From Zygnema circumcarinatum SAG 698-1b (taxonomy: Eukaryota > Plantae > Zygnematophyceae): DNA of 64,000 nt. The stretch is from contig CM074819.1 of assembly GCA_037447605.1 (NCBI GenBank), positions 1,324,297-1,388,296 of the forward strand, read 5' to 3'. Positions 60,494-64,000 of the stretch are shown piece after piece. Within the stretch, counting starts at the first letter, position 1. The number at the start of each line of letters is the position of its first letter. Both the position numbers and the translations under genes were made by a program. Under the pieces are notes generated by a model, which saw nothing but the letters and a program-made list of their open reading frames with translations, had not been told where the DNA came from and did no database searches.

Positions 60494-62992
60494 TTAACTC
60501 TCTTTTAACTCTTTTAGCTCTTTTCCGCTCTTGCTCCGAGTGTAGGAGGAGTTGGTCCGGGACCCCATGCTCGCCTGCCGAAGAAGCTTCTGAAACTCCG
60601 GAAGACTGATCTTTCCATCTCCATCAAGGTCGGCTTCATCCATGAGAGTGTCAATGCTGCCCGTCATCTTGACGGCCTGCATGAAGGGAGCGTGAGATTG
60701 GTTAACCGGTCGACTTCCAAAAAAAAAGGAATAGTAAGAAACCTATCCTCGGTACCTCGGTTTATGTAAACGTTTGGGTAATGTTATTTAAAGTTTTTAT
60801 GTTTAAATGTTTACGTTCACGTTTATGTTTATGTTTCGGCTATGTTTATGAAGAAAAAGAGTGCCACGGAGCTTACTTACGAGCTTCGTTTTAGAGAAAA
60901 AAAACTTATTTGTTCATGTTATGTCGGTTTTTTAGCAAACGCAGAGCCCTTGGTTTCAGTGCACTCACCAAACGCAGCTCTTCCTTGTCGATGAACCCAT
61001 CATTGTCAGTGTCAAACTTTGAAAAGGCCAAGCGAGTCCGAGCTTGATACTTTTCAGAGTCGTGATCCTCGAGCTGATGAACATGCAATGTTGCAGCCAC
61101 AAACTCACCGAAGTCGATGATACCATCCCTGTTACTATCCATCTGTGTTCAGCAAAATTTGAGAGCTCTCTGTCAGTCTTTTTTGAGGTAGATTTTTTTT
61201 TTTTTGGGAAATTGGTTGGGTTTAGCAGCCACTTTAACAATCTCACTTGAAGATTTGTGCTATTGGAAGTCAAAGCTCCTTCCCTTGCAGGGGCTATATA
61301 GAGCGCTTACTGCTTGCAAGATAGAGAGCACCCGAGACTCCTTCAGAGTCCATGGAACATCTGAGGCCAAAGCCTGCAAAAAACAAAACAAAAAACATAA
61401 AATATAAAAGAGCGACAAAAAGTCAAACTCATACTCTCCTAAGCTGATCAGGAAGATGATTTTCAGAGGAAGCTGATTCTTCAAAAGTTACTACTTGATA
61501 CCATTTACATCCCCACTAGATCAACCACAATAGATTAACAACAATAAACATCAACAAAAATCAACGTCGATAAAGATTCTTATTGATAAGGCTCTGCCAC
61601 CAAACCTCCTTCCATGGATCCTCCTTCGTTCTGACCCAAAGAAACTATCCAACCCTTTATTCTACATGCTAATTTTACAGAACAGCAAAATAATAAATTC
61701 AGACGGTTCTTTTCAAGCTCTGGAAGCGAACCTGCTTGACTTCATCCAATGTGATGGTCCCATCCCTGTTCACATCCATCACATTGAACTGATCCCGGAG
61801 AGAACAAATTTCCTCTTCATCCAACGTGCTTGCCAGAGCCTGCGTTTTGCTCTCCCCCCAACCCCCCCCTTTAATCTGCTTTCTACTTTCAGCTCGTTTC
61901 CAAAACTAAACTATGATCGAGCAGATTATACCAGCCATTTCGAAACCAGCCTACGGCCCATTCATCGCCAGCCTAACGGCCCTAGAATACGGGCGTAGTA
62001 TAGCAAAGAAAACACAGCTACATAGCTGTATACAGTTTTAGGAAGAAAAGTGTAGTAGAACACACTCTCTCCCTCTCCCTCCCTCGCCCTCTCTATCACT
62101 CTCCCTCCCTTTCTCTTCCTCTCACTCACTCGCTCTCTCTCTCCTCTCTCCCTCCCTCTCTCCCCCTCTCCCCCTCTCTCTTTCTCCCTCCCTCTCACTC
62201 ACTCCCTCTCTCTCCTCTCTCCCTCCCTCNNNNNNNNNNNNNNNNNNNNNCCCTCTCTCTTTCTCCCTCCCTCTCACTCACTCCCTCTCTCTCCTCTCTC
62301 CCTCCCTCTCCCCCTCTCTCCCTTCTTCTTCTCCCTCCCTCTCTCTCTCCCCCCCTTCCCCCCTCTCTCTCTCACACACTATTGCTCACCCTGAGGGCCA
62401 GCTGCTTGAGTCGGCTATACTTGATGAACTCGCGCATGTTGGAGAGGACGAGAATGTCGAGGGGCACAGCGGACGCCTTTCCGCCCTCCCTCACCCACGA
62501 ATGAGCTGTGGGCCCATCCCCCAAAAGTCCTCCTTCAAGTCAGCATTGCCACCGACAGAAAAGGAACACAACTTTTCATCAACAGAACAAGAGGAATAAG
62601 GGCTCGCTTGCATTCCCGTTTAGGTTTCTCTTTCACTGAACAATCACTTTCCTCCTCCTCTCCTAATTCAGCATAAGTTCCGGGCGTCGTCATCAGCAGC
62701 ATACGTTTTTACATCCTAAGCTCACTTAACACTCAATATATTGCTTTATGTATGTACATGTATGTATATGTAGTACATAGTATATGTATATTGCTATATA
62801 TATCGACGAAGTTCCACTGGAATTTGATAGCTTCTTCTTCTTAGCAGTTAACTTCTTAACATTAAGATAACTTTTACTGCTCAAAAGACATACTGTCCAT
62901 TGACAACAACAACAACAACAATAACAACAACAATCTACATTTTCTGCGACGCATCAAAGTGGAAATTGATTCATCATTGTTAATATGCATAT

Positions 62993-63046
<54 letters not shown>

Positions 63047-63930
63047 GCATGACTTGTCCACATGAAGAGAGTCGTACACAGTGCTTGAGCCGCAGTGAGA
63101 CGAGCGCGAGGGTCCTTCTTAAGGAGCCGCTTCACAAAGTCCTTTGCGGCGGAGCTGATGCCCGGCCATGGCTTCTCTTTGAAGTCCGGCTTCTTCTTCA
63201 GAACCTGAAAGTTGCAGTATGGGGCCCCATGTTTGCTCCACATCAATGGACTCATCACACTTCTGACTGAATTAGCATGTGAAGGTTTGTGGGTGGAGAG
63301 TACTACAACCACATGGGTGCATATCAGACTCAAAACCCAAACACTTGTTCCAGAAAACGTTTAGATTGACAGAAACAAGCACTACTGTGCAAAGCATATA
63401 AATGATTTTCATGAAGTTGCATAAGAACGATGAAACAGACAAACAATCCCATACACCATCCAGAATCCTTGCAACCTTTCTGTATCGTAACAACTACCCA
63501 ACTAATCAGTTTCCTCCCGCAATTCGTGATCATTTCTCCAGTACATTCTCACTAACTTTTCAGTACTTTCCCATATGCCTTCCCTTTGTCCATTCCCAAA
63601 GCCCACCTCATTGAAGATTCCTGCCTCTGTCTTATCCCAGAAGGGGCGCCCCCCGTAATCAGTTTTCTCCCGCAATTCTTCACCATTTCTCCAGTACATT
63701 CTCACTATCATTTCAGTACTTTCCCATATGCCTTCCCTTTGCCCATTCCCAAAGCCCACCTCATTGAAGATTCCGGCCTCTGTCTTATCCCAGAAGGGTC
63801 TCCTCCCGCAGAGGAGGATGTAGGTGATGACTCCAACGCTCCATACATCAGACTCAGGGCCGGACTTCCTCTTCAGCACCTCCGGAGCGACATAATATGC
63901 GGAGCCCACCACATCAGTAAACCTCTTTCC
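60494..63930 (-). CDS. Calcium-dependent protein kinase, CPK16/18/28 clade (3' part; 5' exons beyond the window)
   Basis: [49 protein letters not shown], junction [15 protein letters not shown] and four EF-hands (DVNRDG, DSNRDG, DTDNDG, DLDGDG). Confidence 0.95.
62993..63047. repeat. (CAA)n microsatellite
   Basis: Tandem aac run in a CDPK intron. Confidence 0.95.
63503..63808 (-). repeat. 153-bp tandem duplication spanning a CDPK exon-intron boundary
   Basis: 63503-63655 and 63656-63808 align; both contain GAG|GTGGGC donors (63758-9 and 63605-6). Confidence 0.92.
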
Positions 63931-64000
63931 TGCAAAAAATAGACATAGAAGAAAAGTGAGGCATAAGACATAAGACATTAGAATTTATCTTCATGGTTCT

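Overview
Eukaryotic, intron-rich nuclear DNA with N gaps and long GA/CT and G-rich tracts, from a green plant lineage. Gene set and intron pattern suggest a streptophyte alga or early-diverging plant (inference). Genes supported by hand-spliced exons: an intronless Ser/Thr kinase with an acidic N-terminus (+), nitrate transporter NRT2 (-), an RGG/HABP4-type RNA-binding protein (-), a chloroplast 2-phosphoglycolate phosphatase (+), a stand-alone homologue of the C-terminal domain of plant At5g04480/BUP-type glycosyltransferases (-), a GT34-like glycosyltransferase (+), a lipid-droplet-associated hydrolase (+), neurochondrin (-), an At5g65250-like protein (+) and the 3' part of a CPK16/18/28-type CDPK (-). 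The most striking feature is the phosphoglycolate phosphatase. Its last exon reads through in frame into a ~790-aa low-complexity tail of ~104/105-aa repeats with alternating RG-rich basic and acidic/aromatic blocks, a candidate pyrenoid/Rubisco-condensate tether or linker fused to a photorespiratory enzyme. Intergenic DNA holds several non-autonomous DNA transposons (a P-like MITE with 8-bp TSD, a nested Mutator-like foldback with 9-bp TSD, an older foldback), an interstitial telomere-like array and many minisatellites. Most short ORFs in the track are artefacts of low-complexity DNA. All homology calls are from remembered motifs, not database searches.
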